From: Phoronis australis
Taxonomy: Eukaryota > Animalia > Phoronida
Length of the DNA stretch: 64,000 nt
Direction: 5' to 3'
Assembly: GCA_002633005.1 (NCBI GenBank)
Contig: NMRA01000198.1
Span: 256,045 to 320,044, forward strand
The notes under the pieces are model-generated. The model was not told the origin of the DNA, ran no database searches, and saw nothing but the letters and a program-made list of their open reading frames with translations. Made by a program: the position numbers and the translations under genes. Shown one piece after another: positions 26,835-41,283 of the stretch (its first letter is position 1; every line of letters starts with the position of its first letter).

Positions 26835-28106
26835 GAATCAATATAACCATTTTTCATTTGTGCGGCGATTATCCGTTTTTAACTTATTATAGCCAAAAAT
26901 TGATGTAATTAAAAATAACTCAAAGGAAAGCGTAGTTAAGCATTTACAATTCCTAATTGATGTCTGATCAGGCAACAAAATGTGACACAGTATTGATTAT
27001 GTTCACCTTTTTACGATCCCCTAGCCAGAATAACGATTGCAAATGATGCAATCATGAAACAAACCACTAATGTTTTCACGAGTATAGTTTGTGGATCACA
27101 AAAAACACTGAGCGACTTTTTGAAGATAACCTTAAAATCATCTGCTTACAGGCGAAAATGTATAATTTTGTAAAAATTCCAACCTTTTTCCAACTTCCAA
27201 AGTATTCCTAAGATCATCCCGGATGGGAAATTGATACAACATTGTCTCTTACCGATTTTGAGCTAAAAAACTCCAGGCATGTGCAGTATGATAGGTTGTC
27301 AAAAGCGGTTCTACGACTGGAGCTGAAAAGATATCAGAGCCCAAACCACTCCCGGCCTCCACCCAGGGGCACAGGTCGGTACTTATAAAGAATGGCAAGA
27401 GTAATTGTCGGGTTTGTTGACTAACTTTGTCAAGAAATCACAGGTTGTACAGAACAGAACCTCAAGAGTCTCGCTTTATAGAACAATAATAACAAAATGA
27501 AATGAAACAATAAAATTAGGCTCGATCAAAACTCAGACGAGCAGGCAGCCGGAAATTCTCGGTGCAAACTCTCGCGGCAAGTCTCGGAGTCGCAAGCTCT
27601 AATAATCGAATACATGGGTCGATCACGTGCTGGAGTTGGCATTCTAGGGCTAGAGCTCTATGTTTCACTTGATGATTCCAGCATGAAGGTAAAGTTCGAG
27701 TTTGAACTCGAATTTTCGAGTTTTTACTCGAAATTGCTCTTTGAATATATAACTAGAACCAGAAACTCATATGCACAAAATGAGGGCCCCCATGGAATTG
27801 ATGGGGCTACCCTCATTGTAACTATTGCATTAATAAATAAATAAAATACACTATACGCGACCACAGACACTTTTCTTTGAGTTCGCACGAAAGAGGAACA
27901 TGAACGCAACAAATAATAATAACAAAAGTTCTAGTTGGAGTACAATGGTTTGACCCTGTTCCCTATAAAGTTTTGTGGGTCGTAAATGCCGCCAGACTAG
28001 TAATTTTTGTTTACGCCAGAGCCTGTCCATTGGATTTTCTCGGGATCAAGACTGATAACTGAAAGTCTCTATTGATTGAGATTTAAACCTTTTACTAACT
28101 TTCAAA

Positions 28107-28361
28107 TGAGTCAGATAACGATACCAGGGGATTCAAGTTTGGCCTACCCTATATCACCGCAGCGCCACCTTCGTAGCACTGGAAATGAGCGTAGCTTCCC
28201 TTTTGCGTGCGCAGCTGAAGTACAACAAATTCAGACAACAAAGATAACGACCCAGTAGACCAGTATGAGAATACCATTTTAGTTTCAGTTCGATTGCTAC
28301 TAGGTCACACTAAACCCGCCTTGCGCGATAAATTTCTGGTAGACGCTCTTAGGCAGTAAGT
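28107..28361 (+). promoter_or_regulatory. Candidate promoter and non-coding exon 1 of gene A
   Basis: AP-1 TGAGTCA at 28107-28113, ISRE/IRF-like tagtttcagttc at 28280-28291 and a gtaagt donor at ~28356. The gene A ATG exon has an acceptor only 2 nt upstream of the ATG, so an upstream UTR exon is likely. Confidence 0.35.
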
Positions 28362-29265
28362 ACTGTCGATCATTTTCCAAGTTATTATAATTAGTGGTAC
28401 ATGTGAATATGCATAGCCCATCTCCAGAGTTTATGATTGAGTATGGATTTGGTGCGATTGCTGGGCTCATGCGGGGCTCAATGCGGACGATCTATTACTG
28501 TAGCCGCACATTCAACTATACTACAGTAAGCATCGTTTGTATTGATAAGGTTGTGAAGAAGATTGTGATTGAAAAGATAGCGTTTTAACCTCCATTTCTT
28601 GAGAAACTGATGCAGGTTTTGAAGTTCAACCATGCAAAAATTTTGCCTCAATATTCGCCTGAGCGACATGGATACCGAAAGTACACAGTACTGATAGCAA
28701 ATACCTTATGGGGAAGAGACCTTAGATATGGCTCGTGACCAGAACAAGGTTAACTCGGTCGAATTATGTAGCAGTGTGTTATAAGGATGGGCTGGCCTAC
28801 TTACCTTTCGGAGTAAGGTTTGAATTAAATAGCTCCGTTCACACTTAACTGTCAAAAATGCACTTTTGATTTAAACCCTTACCATCATAAAAGTGGTCTC
28901 AGATCATGCCTTTCTCGATTGAAAAGTGATTTCTTGGCTTGCAAATAACTGGCATTTCATTACTGCTTGCAACCATGCTCGTCTGTGAAAAGGACATTAC
29001 CATTTCTATGGCCTAGCTATTTTGGGACACAGTGTGCCACTATCTATGCCTACTCGGAGACGGCGGCTCTGATTTATGCGGGGCTCTAAGCTCTAGCTTA
29101 TTTAGCAGCATTGGTCGAAAATCTGGCGCTGGTCCTAAAGGGAACTTATCGGTGAGAAAAACTAGTTTCAGAGATCTAACCTGAAACCCCGCGGTAGCAG
29201 ATTGACGTTCTACTGGCGGAGGTCAATCCCACTCTATAAAAGTTGCAGAGTTTAAAAGCGGTTAA

Positions 29266-29815
29266 AGGAGAATGCCACCCGATTTAATTAGTCTTTTTTG
29301 CCGTCTTAATCGGTCTATATCCACATTGCCTCGAATACGGTCGACCTTACCTTGCCAAGAGGTGTCGCGTTAACCTGTGAGGAAGGTGAGAAACGACGCT
29401 AGCGACGTCAGTGGTTCATATGCAGATTGCCGCTATATTACGGTGCATCGTTCCCGCTTGTCCGAACTAAGCAGCTGCGAGGAAAGAGGGTATATCGTTT
29501 TTTTTTTTGTACTTCCTGGAGAGTCCCAAATGCTTAGGAAGTGGCTCATGGTAGTGAAGAATGAAATGTACGTTGTAAATAGCAAGCATGAGGCCGTGAA
29601 ACATCTCCGTGTCTGTGGTCTGCAGACGTCGACAGTGCCGGACGAATGCCGGCTTACCAAATAACTCCATACGTTCCGTTGTCTGAGCTTGTTCACGGCG
29701 CCTCTCTAGTATTTCTTCGTCACTGTATTCCTGTTTGAATTGATAGCCTGTGAAACTTAACGATCCACTTGCTAAGTCGGGACTGATGAGCTCTAGCTCC
29801 CAAGTCGGGAATCCA
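29266..29815 (+). mobile_element. Second, 3'-truncated copy of the Kolobok-like element
   Basis: TTAA followed by aggagaatgccacccgatttaattagtc..., collinear with 4894-5445, including the THAP relic and minus-strand GYQFKQEYSDEE. Confidence 0.8.
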
Positions 29816-30693
29816 ATGATGCAAAAACGGGCCACAAAAATGCTTGACGGATATGGCAGCATAGTGGGTATCATCGAGATTCGAGTGTTTTTGTATATTT
29901 CCAAGCGGCCCTGTTGAGCAACCGGATATCTGGTTGCTAATTTCTCATAAAAGTTCGCATTTGGAACTATTCGAATAGCAAAGCTTCAAAGCATGCCACA
30001 GACAAGTTTAAGTGCATTGTAAAACATATGGACTGACTGAGGAGGAATTTGTCGGATTATCCGTGTGTATGCCTATTTGTTGCCTGTTCTATGTAGACAT
30101 TTTCACAGACAATTGTCTGAATGGTAAGAGGGCATATATATTTGTCTGGAGAGAGTTGAGCAAAATGAAATATTTTTGGGACGTACGTGACACGTCACCA
30201 AAATGTATTTTCCTGCTCTGCCATTTTTCCGTGCGTTGATCTTTCTGGGACTATTAATTGTTATTTTACTTATTGCTTTTTTAAAAACTTATTTTGATTT
30301 TCCGTCATTTTCCATAGATTTGAAACAGTTTATAAGTTTTGAAATGTTTGCGGGTTCCTCCCTATGAATTGTTTTTTGCTTTTCAGGCGATGTTTTGAAG
30401 AACTTAAATTATTCGGTCTATCACCTTTTTATGGAAATACTTAGGCCTACGCTGTCACCACGCCATCGTTAATATCAGGAAATTTCAGTTGCACACTCCA
30501 AATTTGCGGGTGTCCAGCTTTTCAAGAAACGATCGGATTTTTAACGGGAACTATTGTGGTTGTTCGTCCCTCTATCCAAGTGTATAAACTAACTATATGT
30601 AAAAAAATCCTTGATTGTCGTATTTGCACTGTTGCATGAGTTCGTGGGTTGTGACTCCGCCTCAGTAGTTTTGATTTTCTTTTATTCTTAGAA

Positions 30694-33331
30694 ATGGACG
30701 GTGGCGAAACCAATATTGTTTTGAAGGATAATTCTGAAGAGGTATCAATGTATTGTGCGAACCAAAGTGTCACACAATCCGACAACCCCAATGGAGAGAG
30801 TTCAGCCAACAACATTTTTCCCAATGCAGAAGATTCGACTAATCCGAGTTCCACCCATGGTCAGGATTCAGTCAACGACGTAAACGAAAACCCCAAAGAA
30901 AGCAGCGCCACCAAACGTTCTTGGAAGACAGGATTAAAAATTGCTCTCATTGGTGCAACGGCAGTTGCAGGTGGCGTCTGCGCAGTTGTGGCCGCTCCGT
31001 TGGTTCTACCTATCGCGGGCGTTGCATCTGGCGCGGCTGCAGTCAGCGGAGGCGTCGCTACAGGTTGGTATATACCAGTGGGCTGACGTTTCCCCCCGTG
31101 AGCGCAGCGGCAATTATGGTGTATTCACTTAAAACCTCTGTTACGGAGATAGTAAAAAATGAACAGTCCAGTGATTGTTATGAGCTGTTCTATTGTTCCA
31201 TGGCCCAAAGGTAGCCTGTGAACACATCATCTTGATGTAAACAGTCAAATTAATCTCTCTCCCTGTTTCTCTCGCTCCCTCATACACAACTGCGGACTCA
31301 TTCGGCACCTAAAAAGATCAACACTGAACAATGTAAGCCCACAGTAATACATAGCATATCAAATTCACAGTATAAACTATTGCACGTGACTTGAGAAAAT
31401 GCAGTTCTCAAGGTCACCAAAAATGGCGGAAGTGGCCGCACCCAATTAATGAGGCTTGCATTGCAAAACACGACATGACGACTGCTGGCAAATAAAAGGC
31501 AGCTAACAAGTGTCAAAATTACAGCATATTCATATTTAGCAGCTCAGTTACAATATAGATAAATACAAGTTGTAAAGTTGTAACTTACATATCATATCCC
31601 AGTAAGCCCACGGCACGTCTGTCCATGTGAAAATATGCGGGCAAAATAACCTAATCAATCTCATTGTAAGAAGAGACGCATTAAGGACACAGCGCCCCAG
31701 CGGCAATTGTTATCACTAAAAACAGTCGGCAAACTTGTCTAACTGAAAATCGTCCATAGTAGCCACTGCAAAACCTTGCTATGGTGTAAAAACAACTCGC
31801 CTACAGGCGTTTTGGCTCCTTTAAAGGAACGTCATCCCGCCCTTATTCTTCGTTGGTACTGAAATCGGTTATGTTAGTATTGCATCGGCGGCTAACTGAG
31901 ATCAAGCCTCCGTGAAAAGCAACAATGAGCCTAGTCTGAAGCTAACAAACTACAAGTTCTTCTCAAGTCTGAAAATCGTTTCTAATCGGAATACAGAACA
32001 AGTTTAGAACGATTACACTGAGGTAAGCCTTAGCTTTAGGAGCTTGAATTAACAGCTGTCTTTTGACAGAAGCTGCGGGTTTCTTGCACCCTAATGGGGT
32101 TATATACTTCTATACTAACTCAAAATTTTGAACTACGTTACCCAATCACCCAAAATGTGTTTCGGTTCTCACTATATTATGATACACAATGAATTCCATC
32201 CACTAACAGGTCATTCAGGAGGTCATCAAGTAAATAGATAACATAGCCATCTGGAAAAGAAATTTTGAAGTTTATTAAAAGATTGATCAAGTCACGATTT
32301 TCTTGTTTTGGTCGTAAGTATGGAGGAAATGTCCAAATTAATATTTTATTCAATCTAAAATTTTATAGGTCTTCTTCTACAGTCAGCTGCAGTTGCTGGC
32401 TCGGCTGCAGGTTTAAGCGCAGCGGCAACTGCCGGGGTCGCTGGCGCCGGGAGCCTTATTGGCGTTGGAGTCGGAGCTGGGGTGGCTCATGCAATTCACA
32501 AACATCACGAGAAGACTGAAAAACAGCAAGACCGTAAGGATCTACGCATTGTATTATTTGTTCTTGCTTACTTGTGGTTAGCTCGTTACATGTATCATAA
32601 CTTTGTGATTGGTTTAAATGAGCAAACAGTGGTCATGAGGGCATTCAAATATTTACAGAAATCATTTTCATTGCTCTTGTTTTATTTTACTTACCTTGAT
32701 CCTTGACATTTTGTAAATGCAATTTATTTAATGAAATTACAATCATAATACTGTATGACAGCGAATCAAAAATAATTTATTCTTCATTTTTATGGGAATT
32801 TCGTCGCTTTTTACGTGTCAGTGATAAACTCAAAGTCACAGACAATGCACATATTGCGCCATTTTCGAGTTTTCAAGTTTGCCTAACCTCTATACATTTT
32901 GAAGAGTTTCTTGAGTTGCTGATTGCTTCGGTGTTCGTGTTGGCAACAAAAATAGAATCCCATGTTGTTAGAGTGACAGGCCTAAGCTTTAGTCAGCTAT
33001 ACAGGGTGAAAGGCGTGGGAAGTGCGATTTTATCGCCCTATCACTTTCCATAGGTAGATGTGCATTCTTACTACGCATATGTGAGAAAGTGTTTGGTGTC
33101 GTCTTAAGAAAGCTTCAAAAATTGATGCGTTTCATGTATGTCTATTTTACAGAACGACCACCAGCTTCAGGCAGGCGGTGCGTTGTGTGCCTGGATGAAG
33201 ACAAGTGCATCTTATTTCTTCCATGCCGCCATCTTTGTGCTTGCACGAATTGTTCGGAACAGCTGAAACAGTGTCCGATTTGTAAAAGAGATGTCACGGA
33301 ATTGGTTCATAAGGCATACGTGTTTATGTAA
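30694..33331 (+). CDS. Gene A: IFI27/ISG12-like membrane segment fused to a C-terminal C3HC4 RING (putative E3 ubiquitin ligase), 237 aa. Exons 30694-31063, 32369-32533, 33153-33331
   Basis: GT-AG introns, both phase 1; 370+165+179=714 nt, open. Reads ...IALIGATAVAGGVCAVVAAPLVLPIAGVASGAAAVSGGVATG|LLLQSAAVAGSAAGLSAAATAGVAGAGSLIGVGVGAGVAHAIHKHHEKTEKQQDQ|RPPASGRRCVVCLDEDKCILFLPCRHLCACTNCSEQLKQCPICKRDVTELVHKAYVFM*. The RING has the IAP/MUL1/MGRN1-type pattern. Confidence 0.88.
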
Positions 33332-33994
33332 TCAATAACGGCTCTTGGCTTGCATTCTTGCGTTTATAGTCTACGGTAATTAGCGAATTTTCATCAATAT
33401 TCTCTTGGTTGCTTACTTGTTCACTGTGCGACAAGGAATATGTTTTCTTGCTTATTCATTATTCTTAGCCAGGTTGTGTAGGCCCATATAAAGGAATTTT
33501 CTTTAAATTCATCTACATCACCCCGAGAATCCTTACACAGTGTTCTATTCAGGTACCTAGTTGATACCGCTATTATAGGCCTTGCCTTCTTTGTTTCAAT
33601 GTTTTGCGGTCGAGAGGCGAAAAGTCCAATTCACTTATCATTTTACGACACTTGTTGCGCGTTTCTATCGTATTTCCTTGTGTTGCTTATAGACCATTAG
33701 GTATTGCTCTGGCTATGTGGGTAGGCCAGCACCTTAGATATATCATTCAACGTAGGTTTTAAAATATGCAAGATCAGAGCCTGTTTAGTTACAGCGTATT
33801 TCGGTAAGACTTCCCGCCAAGAACTACCATCCATGGAGGCTGTGTGCCGTTGCGACCATTCTGTTGTCTATGGTTGCGATACTTTGGGCCGGCATGTGAT
33901 TCTTTCACATGACTTATCAATGAAGGCTTCCGTGGGGACTGTACGGTTTTTGCACGTCTGGCGCGGGGAACAAAAGGTGGTGAATGTGGACCAG

Positions 33995-34242
33995 GGGCCC
34001 GTTCCAAGAAACTGACTTAAGTTCATTTTTTACTTAAGTCTAAGATTTCTCTTAACTTCCCACCTTTGAAACTTCCACATCAGGTAAATTCATCAAAATT
34101 AAGACAAAACTTACGTCACACACTTAAATCAAGCTTAAAATCTCTTTCTTGAAATGATTTTGAGACAAATTGAACTTTTATTTTAATATTTAGTAAAATT
34201 TAAGAATTGTTTTAGCTAAGTCAGCTTTGTTTGAACGGGCCC
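33995..34242. mobile_element. PIF/Harbinger-type MITE
   Basis: TIRs gggcccgttc...ctgactta / taagtcag...gaacgggccc, with a 3 bp TSD CAG on both sides. Confidence 0.8.
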
Positions 34243-35829
34243 CAGATGTCATTATTTTTTATCTTTAAAAGAACTGTAAAAGTATTCTAGGTTTCTAATC
34301 GTCAACTGAGGCGTCGCTGCAACTTTTCTAAATGTAACCAAACTGTGAACAAATAGGAACATTCGACCTGTTACTACTCACGGCTAAACGAAATCTAGGG
34401 CGCCGTGGTCGGCAGTACAAGTTATCGAAAGAGCCTTTCACTTTTCCCGAAGAAACTCCGAAGACTCTTTAGGGCGCAAAATCACTTCGATGGAAATACA
34501 CGTTTTCAAGGAGTTCTTTCAAAAATTCGTTGTGCGTTTGACAATAATGCCTACCGAAATACCACAACGCTGACGGTTGATTGTGTGGTATTTACCAACA
34601 ATGCTGCACGCCAGTAGGACGCTCACCCGTTTCACTGCTGCAGTGATAGTCATTCTTTTACATCAAAATTGGTTGACATTGTTTCACATTTGCGTAGTCG
34701 GTTGGAATGCTGCCTCATCTGATTGGAGAGCGATATTTCGTTCTTGATCGTAACAGTTCATCTCTAAAATGTGTCAGCAGCCTGAAAGTCCTTACTCAAA
34801 GGATTAATCTAGTTCAAAAACTTAAAAATATATACCAATATATTATGTAACATAATGTAATGTTTACCTCTTTTGTGTTATCAAATTAATAGGCTGTTTG
34901 TAATTCGGCTGAGATCAGAAAAATCATTGACTATGCCATCTATTTCCGTGACCTGAGTTCTGCGTGCTTCAGTTAAGGAACGACTCCTGCCCTTGAAAAC
35001 GTATTGATATCACCAAGAGCATGAAAGCGTTGTTATTTTGTTTGGTTGTAATTTGATTCTCATTTTAGTTCTTTCTTTACAGATTTGATTGTCTATTGTC
35101 CAAATTTTGTCTGCTCTTTACATATGACTAGTGGCATTTAATGCACTCATAAGTTTTAATTTTGAATACGTCTCATCTCCCGCATCCAACATTAATGAGG
35201 TGCCCTGAATTATCGCGAGGGTACGTAAATTTTCAGCAGCAATACCCGTTCTGGTAATAAATTAGAGCAAAAACCTTTCTATATCGGCAAATGTCTTTTA
35301 TTAATCAACATATCGTAAAACTGGTGCAAATTGCCGTGTTACTACAGACAGCCAGCGATAGCGCACTTTGCAACTTGACAGCAAATCAGCCCCGGCTTTA
35401 CTGGCTGTTAAGAATGTAAAGTTGAATAAAATCATCCACAAGCGGTGATTTTTCGACAAAAAAATTTTTTATCTCAAAAAGCGCGCTCCTCTCCTGAATT
35501 GCTATAACGCACACCTGTGCTTGATTTTTGGTCCTCCGACACGACAACCGATGAAGTTTGCAATGTATCACTTCGCTGGGAAAATGATCATTTGCTAAGC
35601 TGACTTTATTTTTTGATAATTAGACAAAACATATTTTGAAAGGAGACAAACATTTACAATTGATACCTCCGTGGTCTAAAAATATAAATTCCGCTGAATT
35701 CCAGTGAACTGTAGTCTATGAACTCAATGTGACGATGGGAAAATATTTCAGTGTAAGGAGCACGGCGCAGTATATTTTTAAATCTCTTGTTCCACACGAA
35801 TTTCAGTTACGGCAAGGCCCGCGGAGCTA

Positions 35830-36766
35830 ATTATTGGGGACAAATAAAACAACAAGAATAATATATATTTTAAGTTGTATTGGGAATTTCAAGGTCACAG
35901 CTCTAGAAATAAATATTTCACACAAGGAACCAGGTGGGTTCCTTAATTACAAGAGATAACACACACATTTCCGATACCCAAAGTGTAATTGAGTATCGGA
36001 TATTAAGTAGCACAGGTTAGCATAGTACCAAATGGGTATATAATACCAAATGGGTATTAAGCGATTGCCTACCAACTGGGTCGAGCAAAACGGCAAATTC
36101 AATAACAAGTACCAAGTGGGTACAAACTGCCAAATGGGCAAATATCATATAAAGTATCAAGTGGGTACACCAAACAGCCGTTCCGGACAAGCTGAGTGAG
36201 CAGACCAGCCGGAGTGATAAAAAGCGATATTGTAAGGAACGTGGTGTTGTGGCTCAGTATGTGCCGAGAGCTGGGTGGAGAGAAGCAAGCTGCAGTAAAT
36301 GATGCTCGAGTACAGGTCGGGTCTTTAGCCAATGATGTCGGTTCTTGCCTGAAGGAACACGCCGCTCCGGGCTTGAAGAAGGTACCAGCAGTGACTGTAA
36401 AAACAACAATAACCAACAGCAGATTTTGTTCGACAAAAGGGAGGGAGCGTGGGAAAGGTTGACTTGAGATTTTGTGGTACCCAGGGTAGGGAGGGTGGGG
36501 AGGTATAAATTATGTAATTAGGAAAACTTACGAATGAATGTACTGTTGCTTGAGGCTGGGCCAACAGGAAGCTGGAGAGAAAGAACAAACAGCGCTACCA
36601 TCGGACTTGGTAGGAACTAACTAGGAGTTGGATATGAAGGATGAAGGGGTGTATAATAGTATTTGCCCAAATAATAGGATTTATGTCAGAGTGCCATAAA
36701 TCTCATTATTGGGGACAAATAAAACAACAAGAATAATATATATTTTAAGTTGTATTGGGAATTTCA
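35830..36766. repeat. ~60 bp direct repeats flanking ~0.8 kb, with a large palindrome at the right end
   Basis: attattggggacaaataaaacaacaagaataatatatattttaagttgtattgggaatttca at ~35830 and ~36706. Hairpin tatttgcccaaataataggatttatg...cataaatctcattattggggacaaata at ~36660-36721. Confidence 0.75.
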
Positions 36767-39700
36767 GGGCCCTGCACCCAGAGTAGCATTATGCAATAAG
36801 CAATTGACATATTTTCGTTTGCCTTGAGACCCGGGATTAAGATCTCACATTTCCAAATAAGGAGAATGGGTGTTGCATGTTGGTATATAACCAATGACGT
36901 GACGAATATTTGAATCGAATACTAAAATACATTAACCTACATGGAGATTCCCAATTTTTACATAGAATCCCTAAACATAACTGCTTGATATGCTGACATA
37001 AATTTAGATGTCATAGAAACACTGTACAAATTTAAATTGCTAACATGGTCCAAGTCACTTTAAAGCGATTATAAACCAGCGCTTCGTCCGAGAAGCGCAT
37101 TTTTGATTTAGACTACTTGTCTTTATGAAATTTGTAATGACTCGGACGAGAAATGATTTCCGGCTTTTCAAAGAATTTATCGTTCATTATTCATTTAGAC
37201 CATGCTCGACGCATCACGTGACAGGGCGTGACCAGTTAACTTGTAGAGCCTGGTCTCGAGCAATGACGTTAATTCTTTCGAAGCTCTTGATATCATCTCC
37301 AATTGGGTTAAGAAACTGTTTGAAATTAATTTCATAAACGTAAGTGATTGAGTCATATAGAAGCCTCAGTAAAACAACTACAATTCTGTTTATAGCTAGA
37401 CTAAACTGGGTAATACTTCTTGTTTTTGCCCGTCCCAGAGTCTAATTTCATAGCGTGTAGACCCGGTTGGGTAAATCTTCGTCTCACGGCCTACTGGAAA
37501 CGGTACACTCTATAACATTGATAATAAATAATGATAAATTACATTAGAGTTTTACAGAATATTGGTGTGTTTGGATTGTCAAAATACGACAACGATCCAG
37601 GGTAATCTCCACTCAAACACAACAACGATCCAAGGCAATCTCCACTCAAATATATGGGAATGGGATGAGCATGTTTATCAACTTCAAAATGGATGATATA
37701 ACGACGTAGAAAGCTCACAATTTCCGACATCGTGCAACTAACGCGGACATAAAAAGTTTGAAGTTGAGCAGTTGGATTCAGGATGAGGTCAAATACACTC
37801 CATTGAAATGATTATATTCCACTGTAACATAACAGAGAGCAATATGTAGGCCTACCCGGTACCTTTCCATTCACGCCTGAACCATTTGTTTACATGGGAA
37901 GTAAAACCAAAGCCCACACACGGATTTCCGTGCGTCTTTCATCATGTTTCCACAGGGACACTTTTCAGTATAGGTGGCGCTGTATCAGAGGGTAGATTCC
38001 AACTAAGAGAACAATGACACTTTCTTCTCGAGGAAACTAGCATTGTCCTACCAATTCAGTACACCAGTGTGAGAATACCATTCTCGCCAGGCCTCGTTCA
38101 ACGCACCGTCCCAAAACCGTCTTGTGACACAAATTTCAGGGATAGGCAGTAAGTATGCTGGAATGTTTTCCTTACAATCCAACTTATTACTGATACATGC
38201 GCCTGTATCTGACGCACCTATAAAATGTGCTATTAGGTGAGGATTCACAGGGATTTCTTAGCTACTGGTAAATTGTATTGTCAAAAGTACATGCCATGTA
38301 CAGTTTTCATCTGAGGATATTGACGTTATGTTTTCTAGTGCGTAGATCACTTTCACAATGCTTCGTAGTTGTCTCAGCCAAACAAGGGAATTTTACAGGC
38401 GTTTTTTTTAGGATATGATTAGTCCGGAGAGTATACTCAAAAAATGTGCTTTTCGGGATGGTTCAAACCAAACATAACCCAGGTTATGTGTTTAGCACAG
38501 CTAAATATAAATTAAATTATTTTAAATACGAGCGTACTAGCAAGGTTGTTGGTTCTCCTGGGATATTCAACTCGATCCTTTTTCCAATAACAACTCTATG
38601 CATAGGGATTAGTTTAAAATTCATACACAAGCCTTCGGTCCCGAACTACGTTTGATTTCGACAACTCAATTATTTGAATTTAGTCTCAAGTAATACCTGG
38701 CGTACTGCCAGTCAGGCTCTGACATTGCTTCTATCCTGCAGGAAGATAACACATGGATCCATTAGGCATTTGTCCGGGGGCCCCATGGACACAGGGGCTA
38801 AGTGCATATCTGTTGTGCCGAGGCCAATATACTGAAACCGAAAGCAATGTCAGGTTGTGAAGACCACGGCCTAGGGCAGCATTCCCCTCTCGACTCGGAG
38901 GTCACTGCCGAAATAGCGCACAAATCAGGGGCTCAGGCTTGCCAGTGTAGGCATAGGGACGCCGATTGTCATTACAGCAAAAAATATCTCACCGCGTAGG
39001 CAGGGCTTCATTAGAAACGGGGCCATTTAAAGAAAGTGAATGTTGTGGCTATCAGAGGTAAAACTAATACTGGTGGCAATATTGGATAGGTGCTGACACG
39101 AATTCATCCGCTTCCTCGGTCCTGATTACGGTTCAGAAATATATCGGCTCTGTCCGCATTCTCAAAACTTTTAGCACCGGGAACATTGAATACGCGAATA
39201 AATGTTGTAAACACTGGTTACCGCCTGAGTGAGACCCCTATGAACGGTCTCGAATTCACTGCACGTTTTGGTCAAAATTCCCCATTTCCGCCTCTCCCAG
39301 TGCGTTTCATCACGCTTTTAGCACGAAGGGGCTGGATCTTACTCGAAAAACTATGAACTGATTTCTGTTCTAGCAATTATTTTCGTTCAAGTTTGTGAGA
39401 TTTTATCGTGGACTTTTTAGATGAGATATAAATATGGGTCATCGATCTTTCAATGGTTCAGCAGATCTATCCAACAGCGTAGTTCACGGAGTATTCAGTG
39501 GCCGTATGCACATTATGAGATAAACATATACATAACATTGCGTGTATTGTTAGTACAGGTGGTCATTTGATACTAGTGTATTGTGCGTTTTACGTGCTTT
39601 CACTCGCCTTCAATTTTGTCCATGGAAGTATGAATGGACGACTTTATGTTCGAAGATCATCGATCAACATACCGTGAAATTTATGTGCTGTACTGTCTAT

Positions 39701-40784
39701 ATCTATGGTCGACAGGTACTCCATGGATTAAACTTCGTTTGTTTGAAGGAATTACTGTTAATACCAAAGTGCGTTACTAAGATTGAAAACAATCTACACT
39801 TTTGATTCGCAAATATGTGGCTCAGTATATTGCATTCCAACACAAAATACGTCCAGTATGTCAGTCGGCGGGTTTTGTGAAATGTTGTCATCATGTTCAA
39901 CGTTGTATACTGTATTTTGAATGTCAGACACTTCTCGTTTATCCCATATGTGTGTGAATACGGCAATGGAATACGCTTTCGAATACGGGAAAGTCAAGCT
40001 AATCTGTAGACGTTGGTTGAGCCGCATTCCATGGTTGGTGTACAGCTAGTTCTTTTGGTAGAGTAAATTTGCGTGTACAACGGAGAATTTGATTGGTCTT
40101 GTTCATTTGGGCATTCGACCCCTCGTTCTTGAAAAACCAGTATTATTGCTCTAAAATCTATAAACTTTCACCAAAGATTTGCCGTTGAAAATTCCAACGC
40201 AAGGAGATTAGGCTGCTATCTTTATTCGGAGTCACCAGAAATAGGCCTTCATAGCGTCCCCCAAAGTGTCGGGAAAATCTAATTCAAATCAAACGAAAAC
40301 ATTTAATTATGAATGCATGCAGTACACTTACACTAAGATCTAAGATATCTACAGGAAATTGCGACCTAATCATCGAGTATATATTATTACTGGCACGATC
40401 GTCTGCTCGCAGCGTTTCTCGACTCTACCTTCTGTCGCAACGAGTCCGTAGCTCAGGTTCCGCGAATCAGCAACCTCACAAAACACCGTTTCCATCGTTA
40501 TTTTCCGGACTTGCTGTGATCGACGGAGGAAATATTTCTATCACTCTTTGCATTCCAGAAGCTGAGCAACGAAAAATAGACCTAGAAAACTGAGAGACTT
40601 ATAGACGCTAACTTAAATCTACACAACAGTCACTGGACAAATGTTTTAAAGTTTCAAAGTCACGGATGGATTGTTTCCGCCGAGCTTTCAATGTTACTGA
40701 AAAGTTCAATGTTTTAACTTGTATTCTTGTCAATTTATTTTGAAATAAAACATTTCTAGTTGTTCAACATCATGACATGACTTA

Positions 40785-40943
40785 CCGTAATCGTTCGGGT
40801 TAACGCCCATGCTCAGTTAACCGCCCATCCCCTACTTTAGGTGGATTTTCGATTTAACCGCCCACTGCTCGGTTAACCGCCCTCCCCCGATTTTTTGGAT
40901 TCGCCAATTTAACCGCCCTGGTCGTTAACCCGAACGATTACGG
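40785..40943. mobile_element. Tc1/mariner (pogo-type) MITE
   Basis: TIRs ccgtaatcgttcgggttaacg / cgttaacccgaacgattacgg, TA TSD, four internal ttaaccgccc repeats. Confidence 0.9.
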
Positions 40944-41127
40944 TAATTGTAGAAAAACTTGTCGCTTAACCGGATTGGGTATGCTTAGCATGTATACGAC
41001 GTCTTACAACAACAAGTCAAGATATCGTGACGTATATATAGGTTACCCCACATACATAAGAATACTATTGCCAATTTTATCGATATCTCGAATTCGTTTT
41101 ATCTGAGAATGTCCCAACGAGACGGAC

Positions 41128-41283
41128 AGGATATGGCAGTAGTATTCCTATGCATGTAGGATATGGCAGTAGTATTCCTATGCATGTAGGATATGGCAGT
41201 AGTATTCCTATGCATGTAGGATATGGCAGTAGTATTCCTATGCATGTAGGATATGGCAGTAGTATTCCTATGCATGTAGGATA
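41128..41283. repeat. Perfect 30 bp tandem repeat x5
   Basis: Unit aggatatggcagtagtattcctatgcatgt. Confidence 0.95.

Noticed and set aside
33153-33331. IAP/BIRC or MUL1 ortholog
   Set aside because: The RING type is similar, but no BIR or GIDE domain exons are visible in the window.
41128-41283. CRISPR-like array (30 bp repeats)
   Set aside because: There are no spacers. It is a simple head-to-tail tandem repeat in eukaryotic DNA.
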